A DNA stretch of 64,000 nt, from the IMG/VR virus record IMGVR_UViG_3300042308_001511, positions 248,001 through 312,000 of that record. One strand, 5' to 3'. Of this stretch, positions 29,248 to 37,767 are shown in pieces. The stretch's first letter is position 1; each line of letters starts with the position of its first letter. The notes beneath the pieces are model-generated. The model saw nothing but the letters and a program-made list of their open reading frames with translations, made no database searches and was not told the DNA's origin. The translations under genes were made by a program, and so were the position numbers.

Positions 29248-30042
29248 TTATTTTGATTTGGGTCTGATAGAGATACCGAATAGTAGTTGTGTACTTTGTG
29301 TGTATACGCCGTATGCGAGTTTCTGGTTATCGATTTGTCCTATAGCATGCCTTAGATCTGTTCTGAAACTGATACGTTCTGAGATTGGTATTTTGATACC
29401 TATGTCTGCGAGTAGTCCCGCATCGACTCCAATGGTCTGCATTGGCTCTATATCGGATCGTATACCGTTGGTTGTGTTTGTATGATACTCTGATATAGGA
29501 AGAGAGAGAAAACCTCCCAGGTCGAGCGAGAGTGCCGTTTTGGTGCCATCTGTCTGTATTCCTATCATAAGTGGGATTGTGATATAGTTTAGCCTGGAGT
29601 ATCCTTCTGATACGACCCATGTTTTTGATTGGTATCCATAGTTTTCGGTTTGTGTCCAGAATTCGGAGTAGTAGGATCTTCCCTTGCTTTCTATGAAGAG
29701 TCCAGACTTCACGTTTATCCCTGGATTGACTGTACTTATCATTGCACCTGCGGAGTATCCCCAGATGTTGCCGAATTGTATTTGAAAGTCTGGTATGTTT
29801 CCGTAGAATTCTTCGTATCCGTTCTGGTCGTATCTGAACCAGTTTATGCTTGGTCCAATCTGTGGTGTTATTTCGACTGGGTACTTAGTACTTACTATGG
29901 TACCGAGAGCGGTTACAACACCTGCGGTTATGTAGCTGTTTACTGGATCCCAGGTTACTTTCTGTACTGGTGTATATGATTGTGCGATAAGTTTGGTGGA
30001 TAGCAGCACGATAAGTGCTAAAAAGTACGTGTTTTTTGGCAT
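29248..30042 (-). CDS. Outer-membrane beta-barrel, porin/PorT-like family
   Basis: Signal peptide; LNYITIPLMIG, DAGLLADIG, DLRHAIG, LLFGISI; ATG lies in palindrome copy 11. Confidence 0.7.
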   Translation of the reverse strand: MPKNTYFLALIVLLSTKLIAQSYTPVQKVTWDPVNSYITAGVVTALGTIVSTKYPVEITPQIGPSINWFRYDQNGYEEFYGNIPDFQIQFGNIWGYSAGAMISTVNPGINVKSGLFIESKGRSYYSEFWTQTENYGYQSKTWVVSEGYSRLNYITIPLMIGIQTDGTKTALSLDLGGFLSLPISEYHTNTTNGIRSDIEPMQTIGVDAGLLADIGIKIPISERISFRTDLRHAIGQIDNQKLAYGVYTQSTQLLFGISIRPKSK

Positions 30043-30044
30043 AT

Positions 30045-30812
30045 TTATTTTTCTAAGTTTTCTTTTACTCCAATTTGGTTCAGTCTATCAACACACATAT
30101 CATAATACATAGGATTGTTTTCAATTAGTATAAAATTCCTTTTTGTGTTTTTCGCGGCTAATCCTGTAGTCCCACAACCAGCACAATTATCTAAAATAAT
30201 ATTATCTTCATTACTATATGTTTTTATTAGATACTCACACAATTCTTGACTTTTTTGTGTTGGATGTATCGGTGGATGTGGTCTATCAAAACTTAAAATA
30301 CTTTTAGGATATTTTTTAGTATCACCCTTTCTATTTGCCGAAGGATTTTTATGACTATCAAATTTACCATAATTATTATTACCTAAATTACCATCTTTAT
30401 ATTTAGTACCCATACCATGTAAAGGTTCACCCTCAGTAAATTGTGGATTATATATTGGTAATTTTTTATAAAACACTATGATATCCTCATGGTTTCTTAA
30501 AGGCATTCTTTTAGCATTTAAAAATCCACTTCCCCTATTACCTTTATCCCAAATAAGATTATATCTATGTATTTTTTCATTAGATAACATCAACTTAGCA
30601 GTGAATTTATCCTGTCCAAATAAAATTATAGGTGAATTTTCTTTAGTTATCCTATTATATTGTTCCCAAAGTAATTCTAAATTTATGACTGAATCCCATT
30701 TGTTTTTGGTAACACCATAAGGTAAATCACATAATATCATATCAATATACTTATCAGGGATAGATTTCATTACTTCTAAACAATCCCCTAAATATGTTTT
30801 ATTTATTTCCAT
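30045..30812 (-). CDS. Beta-class DNA methyltransferase
   Basis: DMILCDLPYG, HPTQK, DNCAGCGTT. Confidence 0.9.
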   Translation of the reverse strand: MEINKTYLGDCLEVMKSIPDKYIDMILCDLPYGVTKNKWDSVINLELLWEQYNRITKENSPIILFGQDKFTAKLMLSNEKIHRYNLIWDKGNRGSGFLNAKRMPLRNHEDIIVFYKKLPIYNPQFTEGEPLHGMGTKYKDGNLGNNNYGKFDSHKNPSANRKGDTKKYPKSILSFDRPHPPIHPTQKSQELCEYLIKTYSNEDNIILDNCAGCGTTGLAAKNTKRNFILIENNPMYYDMCVDRLNQIGVKENLEK

Positions 30813-30830
30813 ATCCGTTTAATTTTGTTT

Positions 30831-31238
30831 TCATACGGTATTCCTTAGTACACCGTTTTTGTTTATTTTCCATTTATTCGAATGGTTTTTATGGTTCGTA
30901 TACATTATTGATTCTAAGCTTCTAAGGCCTTTGATACTCAGCATGTATTTTAGATCCGACTCTAAGCCATAACATTCGTCTTTATATGATATTCTTATCG
31001 TATCTGATAGGGTCCCGTTCATCTTATTGTAGAAATCATCATTGGATCTTATATCGATGTTTAAAACGTCTTCAGTGAAGTATATACTCCTTACAATGAA
31101 TGGTATCAGGGGCTCGTCGAATAGATAAAGGTTTGGAGGCCAATCGCGTTCGTTAGCAGGGATTCTGAGTTTCCCATTTATATCCAGATAGTTTAGAATC
31201 CTTTCAATCATTTCCAGCTTGATGTTCTTTGTCTTCAT
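30831..31238 (-). CDS. Hypothetical protein
   Basis: 135-aa ORF in operon. Confidence 0.55.
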   Translation of the reverse strand: MKTKNIKLEMIERILNYLDINGKLRIPANERDWPPNLYLFDEPLIPFIVRSIYFTEDVLNIDIRSNDDFYNKMNGTLSDTIRISYKDECYGLESDLKYMLSIKGLRSLESIMYTNHKNHSNKWKINKNGVLRNTV

Positions 31239-31242
31239 CTCA

Positions 31243-31509
31243 TTAATACTTAACCATTAAAAATGAGTGATCCCATTGATTGTAGTCTCCGCCTACAACA
31301 TCTTGAACTTGATATCCTTTCTTAATGTACTTATACATCTCGTCTGTGCCTCTTACATAAACTGTTGCTATGGGTTTAGCAGGAACTGAAAGTATAACTC
31401 CATTATCTACTCTAAATCGTTTGTCTTTTGACGCATCGGTTATTGTCATTGACATCATTACAAAAAATGCAAATCCTGCAATTAAGTATCCTAAGTTTTC
31501 TCTATTCAT
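31243..31509 (-). CDS. Membrane-anchored hypothetical protein
   Basis: Start at coupled ATG (MNRENLGYLIAGFAFFVMM). Confidence 0.6.
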   Translation of the reverse strand: MNRENLGYLIAGFAFFVMMSMTITDASKDKRFRVDNGVILSVPAKPIATVYVRGTDEMYKYIKKGYQVQDVVGGDYNQWDHSFLMVKY

Positions 31510-31757
31510 ATACCGATCTGGTTTAGGTTTGATTCTCTCAGCTTCTGTTTCAGTCTTTTCTCGTACTCCTCGATGGAGATTCGGAACTTGTTGCTCCATA
31601 CGAGTTCTCTGTACGGTGCCATTATGATGTCATCGTAGACGTATACGTTTTCGAAGATGATGTTTTTTCTGTTGACGGTCGGATCTGCCAGGCAGATAGC
31701 GTCTTTGATTATTTCGTGGTCGGGTTTCAAATCATTATTAATTTTGTATTTTTTCAT
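31506..31757 (-). CDS. C-tag hypothetical protein
   Basis: ends LRESNLNQIGI. Confidence 0.65.
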   Translation of the reverse strand: MKKYKINNDLKPDHEIIKDAICLADPTVNRKNIIFENVYVYDDIIMAPYRELVWSNKFRISIEEYEKRLKQKLRESNLNQIGI

Positions 31758-32031
31758 ATCTGTAAATATACGGAAAATAGTGAGAAGGTGCTAAACACCT
31801 CATCGTTTATTTAGACGATACATAACATAGACACTCAGACGCGACATATGTCTATGTACAACAAAGATTGATTGTTCTTCGATGGAGACATAGACATATG
31901 TCGAAAAGATTGATGTAAATCGACGCGTTCCTGTGATGCGTCTACTGTGCCGACGCTTTTTATTTTCACGGTTTCTGCACCAGTACCGGTATTTTTATTA
32001 TATTTGTAGAAACGAAGAAAAACGACGGACT

Positions 32032-32289
32032 ATGACAACTGATTTGAATAAGACCTTAGAGAAAGACGCAAACGGACGCTTGATCGACCTATACAACATC
32101 ATCCAGAACGAGGACATCACCAAAGCCGAAGGAGCCAACCTAAAGAGCTTATTCGAGACCGAGTTGAGAGTGATGCAGGAAGTGAGCGTACACCTACGCA
32201 GTGTACGTTTCGACCCATCGAGTGAAGAAGGAATGGAGCTGCAGCTTGGCCTTTGCCAAAAAGTGTTGAACGGCGAGTCATTGTCATAA
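32032..32289 (+). CDS. Hypothetical protein
   Basis: Start MTTDLNK behind TATATTTG at 31999-32006. Confidence 0.6.
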   Translation: MTTDLNKTLEKDANGRLIDLYNIIQNEDITKAEGANLKSLFETELRVMQEVSVHLRSVRFDPSSEEGMELQLGLCQKVLNGESLS

Positions 32290-32299
32290 ATCTACTAAA

Positions 32300-32818
32300 A
32301 TGAAATACTTCTCAGATTTCCAGACCGGAAAGACATACAACTACAAAACGCTCTCATTGGACGGCACCAAGACCGTTCGCGAGACTAACACCAAATACCT
32401 TTTCTCCTTCTACACAAGCAACGGAAACGAGATCGACCTTCACTTCTTCCCGAACGATAACTTCTCGGCACCTGAGGGATCCACGTTCGACGAGAAGAAA
32501 AAGAGGAAGTTGAACGACTCCAGGTGCAGGTACATACTGTGTGAGGTCGAGACAATAGTATACGACGTCGAAGGAAACGAGCACGGACGTGATACGAAGT
32601 TCGAGGTGTACGATAAGTCTACGGACAAGCAAACCTTCGCACGTGGAAAGAAAGCTCGTTACAACAAGGATTTCGCACCTTTCACGAGGTTCTTCAACAT
32701 CGAGCTGAAGGGCGGGAAGATGGTCTTGGCACCGGGCGGTGTCCACTACGGCGTGGTGCCAGGCACGTTGAAGCACGGAGTGGAGGTGAAGGCGGTTGAC
32801 TCATTAACAATAGTATAG
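32300..32818 (+). CDS. Hypothetical protein
   Basis: 172-aa ORF in island. Confidence 0.6.
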   Translation: MKYFSDFQTGKTYNYKTLSLDGTKTVRETNTKYLFSFYTSNGNEIDLHFFPNDNFSAPEGSTFDEKKKRKLNDSRCRYILCEVETIVYDVEGNEHGRDTKFEVYDKSTDKQTFARGKKARYNKDFAPFTRFFNIELKGGKMVLAPGGVHYGVVPGTLKHGVEVKAVDSLTIV

Positions 32819-32820
32819 AA

Positions 32821-33015
32821 ATGGACGGGTTGAGAATCATCGACAACAACACCGGGAACAAGTGGGTCATCAGATCAACGGGCAGAGGGCAGTTCCATCT
32901 GTCCAGGATCTATTCCAGCAAGAAGAACAAGAGAAGGCAGCAGTCGGAGCTGGTCTTCTCGGAATCTGAATGTCAAAAGTACATTAGTAATGGCAATTGG
33001 TCAAGCATCGTCTAA
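32821..33015 (+). CDS. Hypothetical protein
   Basis: 64-aa ORF in island. Confidence 0.5.
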   Translation: MDGLRIIDNNTGNKWVIRSTGRGQFHLSRIYSSKKNKRRQQSELVFSESECQKYISNGNWSSIV

Positions 33016-33058
33016 ATAGACGATAATACGTTTTATCGTTTATTTAGACGATTATCTT

Positions 33059-33256
33059 TCACGATATAGATATGTTTACGCACCATTTGACTCTGTGCTG
33101 CACGACACCGTTTTCGTTCAGGAAAGTCTCTCTGCGCAGGAAGCCATACAGATCCTTCTGGTCCACGATGACTCTTTCTCTGCCGTGCAGGCGCTGTAGC
33201 CTGAGAATCTCCTCATAGACCTCATCGATTGAGTTCGCTTCTATTTTTCGTGTCAT
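33059..33256 (-). CDS. Hypothetical protein
   Basis: Start MTRKIEA behind TATATTTG at 33272-33279. Confidence 0.5.
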   Translation of the reverse strand: MTRKIEANSIDEVYEEILRLQRLHGRERVIVDQKDLYGFLRRETFLNENGVVQHRVKWCVNISIS

Positions 33257-33327
33257 AGATATGTTTTTTGACAAATATAAGGAATATATTCTAATGAACA
33301 AAGGACGACTTTATTTTTTTATAAAGC

Positions 33328-33454
33328 AGGTTGGAGTCTACTCTTCCTGCACTGATGTTGTGCAACGCCCCTTTCCCGGCTTTCCCAGTGAGTCGATATG
33401 TCTTAGCTATGGTCCCATCGTTTCTTTTCATAAATATAAGGATCTTTCCTGGAT
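33328..33454. ncRNA. Non-coding repeat copy 2
   Basis: Homologous to 29091-29215; hairpin TGCAC-7nt-GTGCA corresponds to CGTGC-7nt-GCACG. Confidence 0.55.
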
Positions 33455-33515
33455 TAAACAAAGAAAGGTGCCAAAAATACACGTTTTTTGGCACCTTTCT
33501 ATAATCTGTATCAGA

Positions 33516-34805
33516 TTAGTTTTTTATGGCTTTCAGTGATATTGTTTGTCTGTCCTTTGTTATGTTCAGAAAATAAGTCCCTGGTTGCAGCATCTGTGTA
33601 TCGATTGAGATTGTGCCTCCGTCGAATACCTGGATTGTTTTCCCTTCGATGGTTGTAAATGTACCGTATGATCCAGGTGTCAAGCTAATCTCTATCCTAT
33701 CGTTGAAAGGGTTCGGCCAGAACAACTCTTTAAGTTGTTGTTCACGTAAAGATAAGCTAGATGAGTCTTTTAGTCCTGTATTGTCCCACAAACACTTCAC
33801 CGAGTCGAACTGGTAGACGTAGATAGTGTCTGTAGGCTGTACCGGTTTTGTGCCTTTGTTCTCCCATACGAGTGTTTTGATGTTGAACTGGTGGTTGTCC
33901 CAACAGGTTGTATCTGCAGGCCTGGTCGGTATTGCTCTTACAGAGTCCAGCCAGAAATATCCTGCGTACGGGTGGTACATCTGACATACGGGAGTATTAT
34001 CGTTACAATCAGATAGGAACTTACCAGATACTATAATACTATCGAGGTGAACGATTCCTGCGACCTGTGCTGCTGCGTAGTTACAGATCTTATACTGAGT
34101 GTTGTCGTAGCTGATATAGTAGCCTGAGCAGTCTGTAAAGCCGAGTGCTACGTAGTTGGTGATTGGTCCTGGTTCTGTACCTGGTACAATCATTATAGGA
34201 ACACCGGTTGGTTTGTATTCTTTGTTATTGGTTCCAACAACGGAACAACCGTTAGCGTCGGTGAATACGACGTATAGTTTAGGATTGTATAGGTTCATAA
34301 AGCAACCACCTTGGTTTGGACCGTAGTATTGGGTGAATGTGTTGTCCCAGTTCTTTGTGTATACTTTATCAATCATAGCATAGTTAGCTTTATCGACTGA
34401 AAAGTAAATACAGGTTTGTTGGTTTTGAGGGTTCTGTGGATCTGGCATCTGTATAACATTGAAGGAAGTGACCTTCAGTGAGTCACAGTCTTTAGTGACA
34501 GCGATAGAGATGTTTATTAGTGTGTCCAACGAGAATTTGGCTAAGCCGTCATCTTTCTTCTTACCGAGTACCCAGTAGGTGCCTGGTACGAGTTCGCCTT
34601 TTGTTTTAAAGTTTGTGGCCAGTTCGGATCCCTGTATTGCAGCGTCTACGACTCTATAGATTGACCACTTTTTAATGTTTGTTCCTGTGGTGTCGACTGA
34701 TACGGCACCATCATTGAAGTTTGGTCCAGTAGCGTTTGTGACCTTTACTTGTGAGTTTGCTAGGAATGCTAGCATAAATGAGATTGTAGCTATTAGTTTT
34801 TTCAT
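33516..34805 (-). CDS. Secreted protein with T9SS type A C-terminal sorting domain
   Basis: Signal peptide; C-term FWPNPFNDRIEI..TIEGKTI..IDTQMLQPGTYFLNI..LKAIKN. Confidence 0.8.
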   Translation of the reverse strand: MKKLIATISFMLAFLANSQVKVTNATGPNFNDGAVSVDTTGTNIKKWSIYRVVDAAIQGSELATNFKTKGELVPGTYWVLGKKKDDGLAKFSLDTLINISIAVTKDCDSLKVTSFNVIQMPDPQNPQNQQTCIYFSVDKANYAMIDKVYTKNWDNTFTQYYGPNQGGCFMNLYNPKLYVVFTDANGCSVVGTNNKEYKPTGVPIMIVPGTEPGPITNYVALGFTDCSGYYISYDNTQYKICNYAAAQVAGIVHLDSIIVSGKFLSDCNDNTPVCQMYHPYAGYFWLDSVRAIPTRPADTTCWDNHQFNIKTLVWENKGTKPVQPTDTIYVYQFDSVKCLWDNTGLKDSSSLSLREQQLKELFWPNPFNDRIEISLTPGSYGTFTTIEGKTIQVFDGGTISIDTQMLQPGTYFLNITKDRQTISLKAIKN

Positions 34806-34850
34806 ATTATTTTTTATACGAAAATAAATAAAAGATTTGATATGGTGTAA

Positions 34851-34882
34851 AAAAAAACCGTTCTGTTTTGAACGGGTTTTTT
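34851..34882. terminator. Intrinsic terminator
   Basis: AAAAAACCGTTC-TGTTTT-GAACGGGTTTTTT. Confidence 0.65.
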
Positions 34883-34895
34883 ATAATGTGAAAAA

Positions 34896-35201
34896 CTATG
34901 GTCTGTTTTGGTTCTGTTGTTGCTGAGGTTGTGGACAGATGACGTTCATAGTGGCGCCGTAGACCTTTAGGCCCAACGGAGTGTCCGCACCGTGAAGTTG
35001 GTGCCACTGACCCTCTGTTTTCATACCAGGGTTCACCGCCTCACCCTGTTGTTGTGCTCTGTACTGGTCACAAAGACCGTTAGGGCCATATACCAAACCC
35101 TTAATACCCTGTTGTTGCTGTTGTTGAGTCATATTCTGTGAGAATACAAATCCTGTAAACAAAAACGACACTATAAAGGCAATCACTTTACTTTTCTCCA
35201 T
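34896..35201 (-). CDS. Secreted Gln-rich protein
   Basis: MEKSKVIAFIVSFLFTGFVFSQ signal; polyQ tracts; two Cys. Confidence 0.6.
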   Translation of the reverse strand: MEKSKVIAFIVSFLFTGFVFSQNMTQQQQQQGIKGLVYGPNGLCDQYRAQQQGEAVNPGMKTEGQWHQLHGADTPLGLKVYGATMNVICPQPQQQQNQNRP

Positions 35202-35839
35202 CTTTTTATTATTTTTTTTATACGGCACCGAAACCAGCACCAGTTATATATTCCATTCCTAAAATCTCCCAAAAGGTACCAAAATCTCCACCAAACCCTC
35301 GGCCAGAACCTCCAATCATTCTTCCTATCCTCAACCAAACGCTCTGACCTCATAACGTTGGCCCACTCATCGTAGTCTAAATAAGCCAACTCTGCGTCAC
35401 CTATATCCCAAGACCCAGGTACCGACCAATCCTTTCCCATGTGACCTGAAAGTGCAAGAACACATACCTCCTCTAACAATGGTGAAACACCTATGTCTAA
35501 TCGCTTACTAGCCCTACGAAAACGTCCAACATGCCAAGCATTGACATCTATCAGTGCCACGTAGAACTCGTAATGTACAAACGAAGAGTCGGGTATGCCA
35601 TATCTACCCAGATCCAAAAGACGATCTTGTAACTGAAAGTAAGTAAGTTCGAACACAACACTACCATCACCAGAAAGACGATAACCCAAGTCCCTATCGA
35701 AACCTGTTTCCCAGTCATGCGTGAACCAGTCGTACATCGCCTGCACCGGATCTGAATACTCCTCTACCCAATAACCCTGTGTAGGACTAAGAACACCATT
35801 TACCTTCCTAAGTGGTAATAGAACCAATAACCAGCACAT
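35183..35839 (-). CDS. Hypothetical protein
   Basis: Start at coupled ATG (TGATG overlap); Trp/Arg-rich C-terminus. Confidence 0.55.
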   Translation of the reverse strand: MCWLLVLLPLRKVNGVLSPTQGYWVEEYSDPVQAMYDWFTHDWETGFDRDLGYRLSGDGSVVFELTYFQLQDRLLDLGRYGIPDSSFVHYEFYVALIDVNAWHVGRFRRASKRLDIGVSPLLEEVCVLALSGHMGKDWSVPGSWDIGDAELAYLDYDEWANVMRSERLVEDRKNDWRFWPRVWWRFWYLLGDFRNGIYNWCWFRCRIKKIIKRWRKVK

Positions 35840-36195
35840 CAATCGTAACAAATATGACCCTCCAAAGTACCAACACCGTAGACGTGTCCTTGTACGTAAA
35901 CCGTGTAGGTACCTGGTGGAATCTTAAATACACCATGTTCGAAAACTTGACTATAGTAATCACCAAACATAGTTATACCTGAAATCTTAACTCCAGTCGC
36001 CTGACCATCACCATACTTCATAAACCTGACAGATATCCGTCCAGTCTTAGTCGTGAACGTACCGTTAGTCTGAGTTATGTTGGGTGTCGATTGCCAAGAA
36101 GACCTACGTCCCTGTGTGAAAATTGAACTGCACATCTCACATGAGAAACACCAAACAGAAAATAACAAAAAAACCAATGAAACTAATATCCTCAT
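35839..36195 (-). CDS. Secreted hypothetical protein
   Basis: MRILVSLVFLLFSVWCFSC signal peptide. Confidence 0.55.
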   Translation of the reverse strand: MRILVSLVFLLFSVWCFSCEMCSSIFTQGRRSSWQSTPNITQTNGTFTTKTGRISVRFMKYGDGQATGVKISGITMFGDYYSQVFEHGVFKIPPGTYTVYVQGHVYGVGTLEGHICYD

Positions 36196-36205
36196 AATAT
36201 GATAT

Positions 36206-36574
36206 TTACTTACCCAGTATTTCTTTGTCAGTTGCTGACATAGATGTAACTACCATCGATAAGCCGGTGGCCATTACTGAGGCCCATTCAGGAAGTTTGA
36301 ATATGACACAGATTATGCCTAATATGATGTAAATTAATATACCTATCAGTATTCCTTTACCTAAACTTTTCCAGGTCGGTGGAACCTCATCTTCGTCTGC
36401 TACTGTAAGTGCCATTATGCCGGAACACACCGTTGCTATTGTTAGTAATAGATAGTATCCACCTGACCAGGTTCCACCGACCCACCAGTTTAGTAACAGG
36501 TAGTAAAGTGTACCTGTAGCGAGTGTGGTTCCGAGTGCTTTGATGATTCTTGAGATAATTAATGGTAAGTTCAT
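36206..36574 (-). CDS. 4-TM membrane protein
   Basis: Four hydrophobic segments. Confidence 0.6.
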   Translation of the reverse strand: MNLPLIISRIIKALGTTLATGTLYYLLLNWWVGGTWSGGYYLLLTIATVCSGIMALTVADEDEVPPTWKSLGKGILIGILIYIILGIICVIFKLPEWASVMATGLSMVVTSMSATDKEILGK

Positions 36575-36662
36575 AATAAAAAATATTTTTGTTTTTATAC
36601 AAAAATAAATAAAAGATTTGATATGGTGCTAAAAAATAATATATACAAAAAAGAAGATATTT

Positions 36663-37544
36663 ATGAAGTACATAAAGACTTACGAAGTGCTGAAGGAGGC
36701 CAAGCTTCCCAGAAGGAGGTTCATACTACTGTCAGGCCCCAGCGCCTCTGGTAAGTCAACACTGGCAAAGAACCTAGGTGCCACTCACTGGTACGATAAG
36801 ATGTCCCAGGCGGTACTGATTGGCACCGACGACTTTATGAATAGAAAGGCCTTCGGGGTTATGAAAAGTCTTTGTAAGGCTGCGGGAATGCCTTTACTGG
36901 CCGCTATGATGAAGGACTGGCCGCACGTATTCGACCAATACAAAAAAGACTTCACAAAGTGGCGCAAGACGGCATCAACCGAGGAGCAGTCAATCTTCGA
37001 CGACCTACATAAGAGGTTCCCTATCGATAAGGCGAAGGACAACGCTCCACACTTCCACCAAGACGGAAGGATCACAGGGATGGCCTGGTGTGCTGCACTT
37101 CTACCTAAGGAGTGTAAGACCATATTGTTCGACGACATATCTGTTGGTATAAAGAAGTACTTCGATGTTGATGAGTGGATCCTGTTCACACCATTTGACT
37201 GGTTGCTTAAGAACATAACCGACAGGAACTCAGATAAGGATAAGAGTGTTCATATAGACGTGAACTCGGAGGGTACCGCTATATACCAGTACTGCCAATG
37301 GTGGCAGGCGTCTGCTGAGGCGGATCTCGACAACAAGATGTACACGGCGGATTCTGTTAGGACGATGCTGTCTGCGGCAGGTCATAATGATCCAGATGAG
37401 GTTCTTTCGCTACTGGGTGTTAAGGGTCTTGATAACGGGTTCTATCTTACGACCAGGGACTGGATCGACGCGGGTTCGAGGATTGTGAACACCAGGGATG
37501 TTTCTACCGGTAGGGCCGGGGATTTGCCGGGTGGCTTAAAATAA
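36663..37544 (+). CDS. N-tag P-loop kinase
   Basis: MKYIKTYEVLKE; FILLSGPSASGKST; ILFDD; TAATATATAC at 36637-36646. Confidence 0.75.
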   Translation: MKYIKTYEVLKEAKLPRRRFILLSGPSASGKSTLAKNLGATHWYDKMSQAVLIGTDDFMNRKAFGVMKSLCKAAGMPLLAAMMKDWPHVFDQYKKDFTKWRKTASTEEQSIFDDLHKRFPIDKAKDNAPHFHQDGRITGMAWCAALLPKECKTILFDDISVGIKKYFDVDEWILFTPFDWLLKNITDRNSDKDKSVHIDVNSEGTAIYQYCQWWQASAEADLDNKMYTADSVRTMLSAAGHNDPDEVLSLLGVKGLDNGFYLTTRDWIDAGSRIVNTRDVSTGRAGDLPGGLK

Positions 37545-37561
37545 CATGGACTTTATGAAAC

Positions 37562-37767
37562 TTACATTCCCAATTCCTTAAGTTTATCTTCTCTGAGCTC
37601 TTCTACGGTTCTGAAGTTTTTCCGATCCAGATAAGACCATCTATCACTATCATTTTTGACTAAAATCAAATCCGGAGACATTCCATAGTCGTTTGCATCG
37701 TACCACTTGCCGACGTGACTGACAGGCGTTCTAATATTGATTGATTACTTACACAAATGACCTTCAT
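37562..37767 (-). pseudogene. Frameshifted C-tag small beta-barrel paralog
   Basis: MKVICVSNQ.. in frame 0; -1 frame ..HVGKWYDAND..LREDKLKELGM*. Confidence 0.6.

Larger units (their letters stand above)
31802..33052. repeat. 18-bp palindrome ATCGT(C/T)TAnnTAGACGAT x3 and a 15-bp inverted repeat bounding a + strand island
   Basis: 31802-31819, 33007-33024, 33035-33052; IR 31842-31856/31889-31903. Confidence 0.8.
34811..36628. repeat. 37-bp direct repeat containing a host-type promoter
   Basis: TTTTTATACRAAAATAAATAAAAGATTTGATATGGTG at 34811-34847 and 36592-36628 (1 mismatch). Confidence 0.9.

Noticed and set aside
29091-33454. Cobalamin riboswitch, from CACTGGGAAAGCCGGGAA on the - strand
   Set aside because: Only the B12-box-like fragment resembles it; the upstream GGGAA..GGTG.AA.TCC core and the AG.C.GACCTGCC end are absent, and downstream genes are unrelated.
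33291-33494. 67-aa ORF across ncRNA copy 2
   Set aside because: The homologous copy at 29091 has non-triplet indels, so the frame is not conserved.
26419-33500. Integron attC cassettes
   Set aside because: No GTTRRRY/RYYYAAC ends and no integron integrase in the window.
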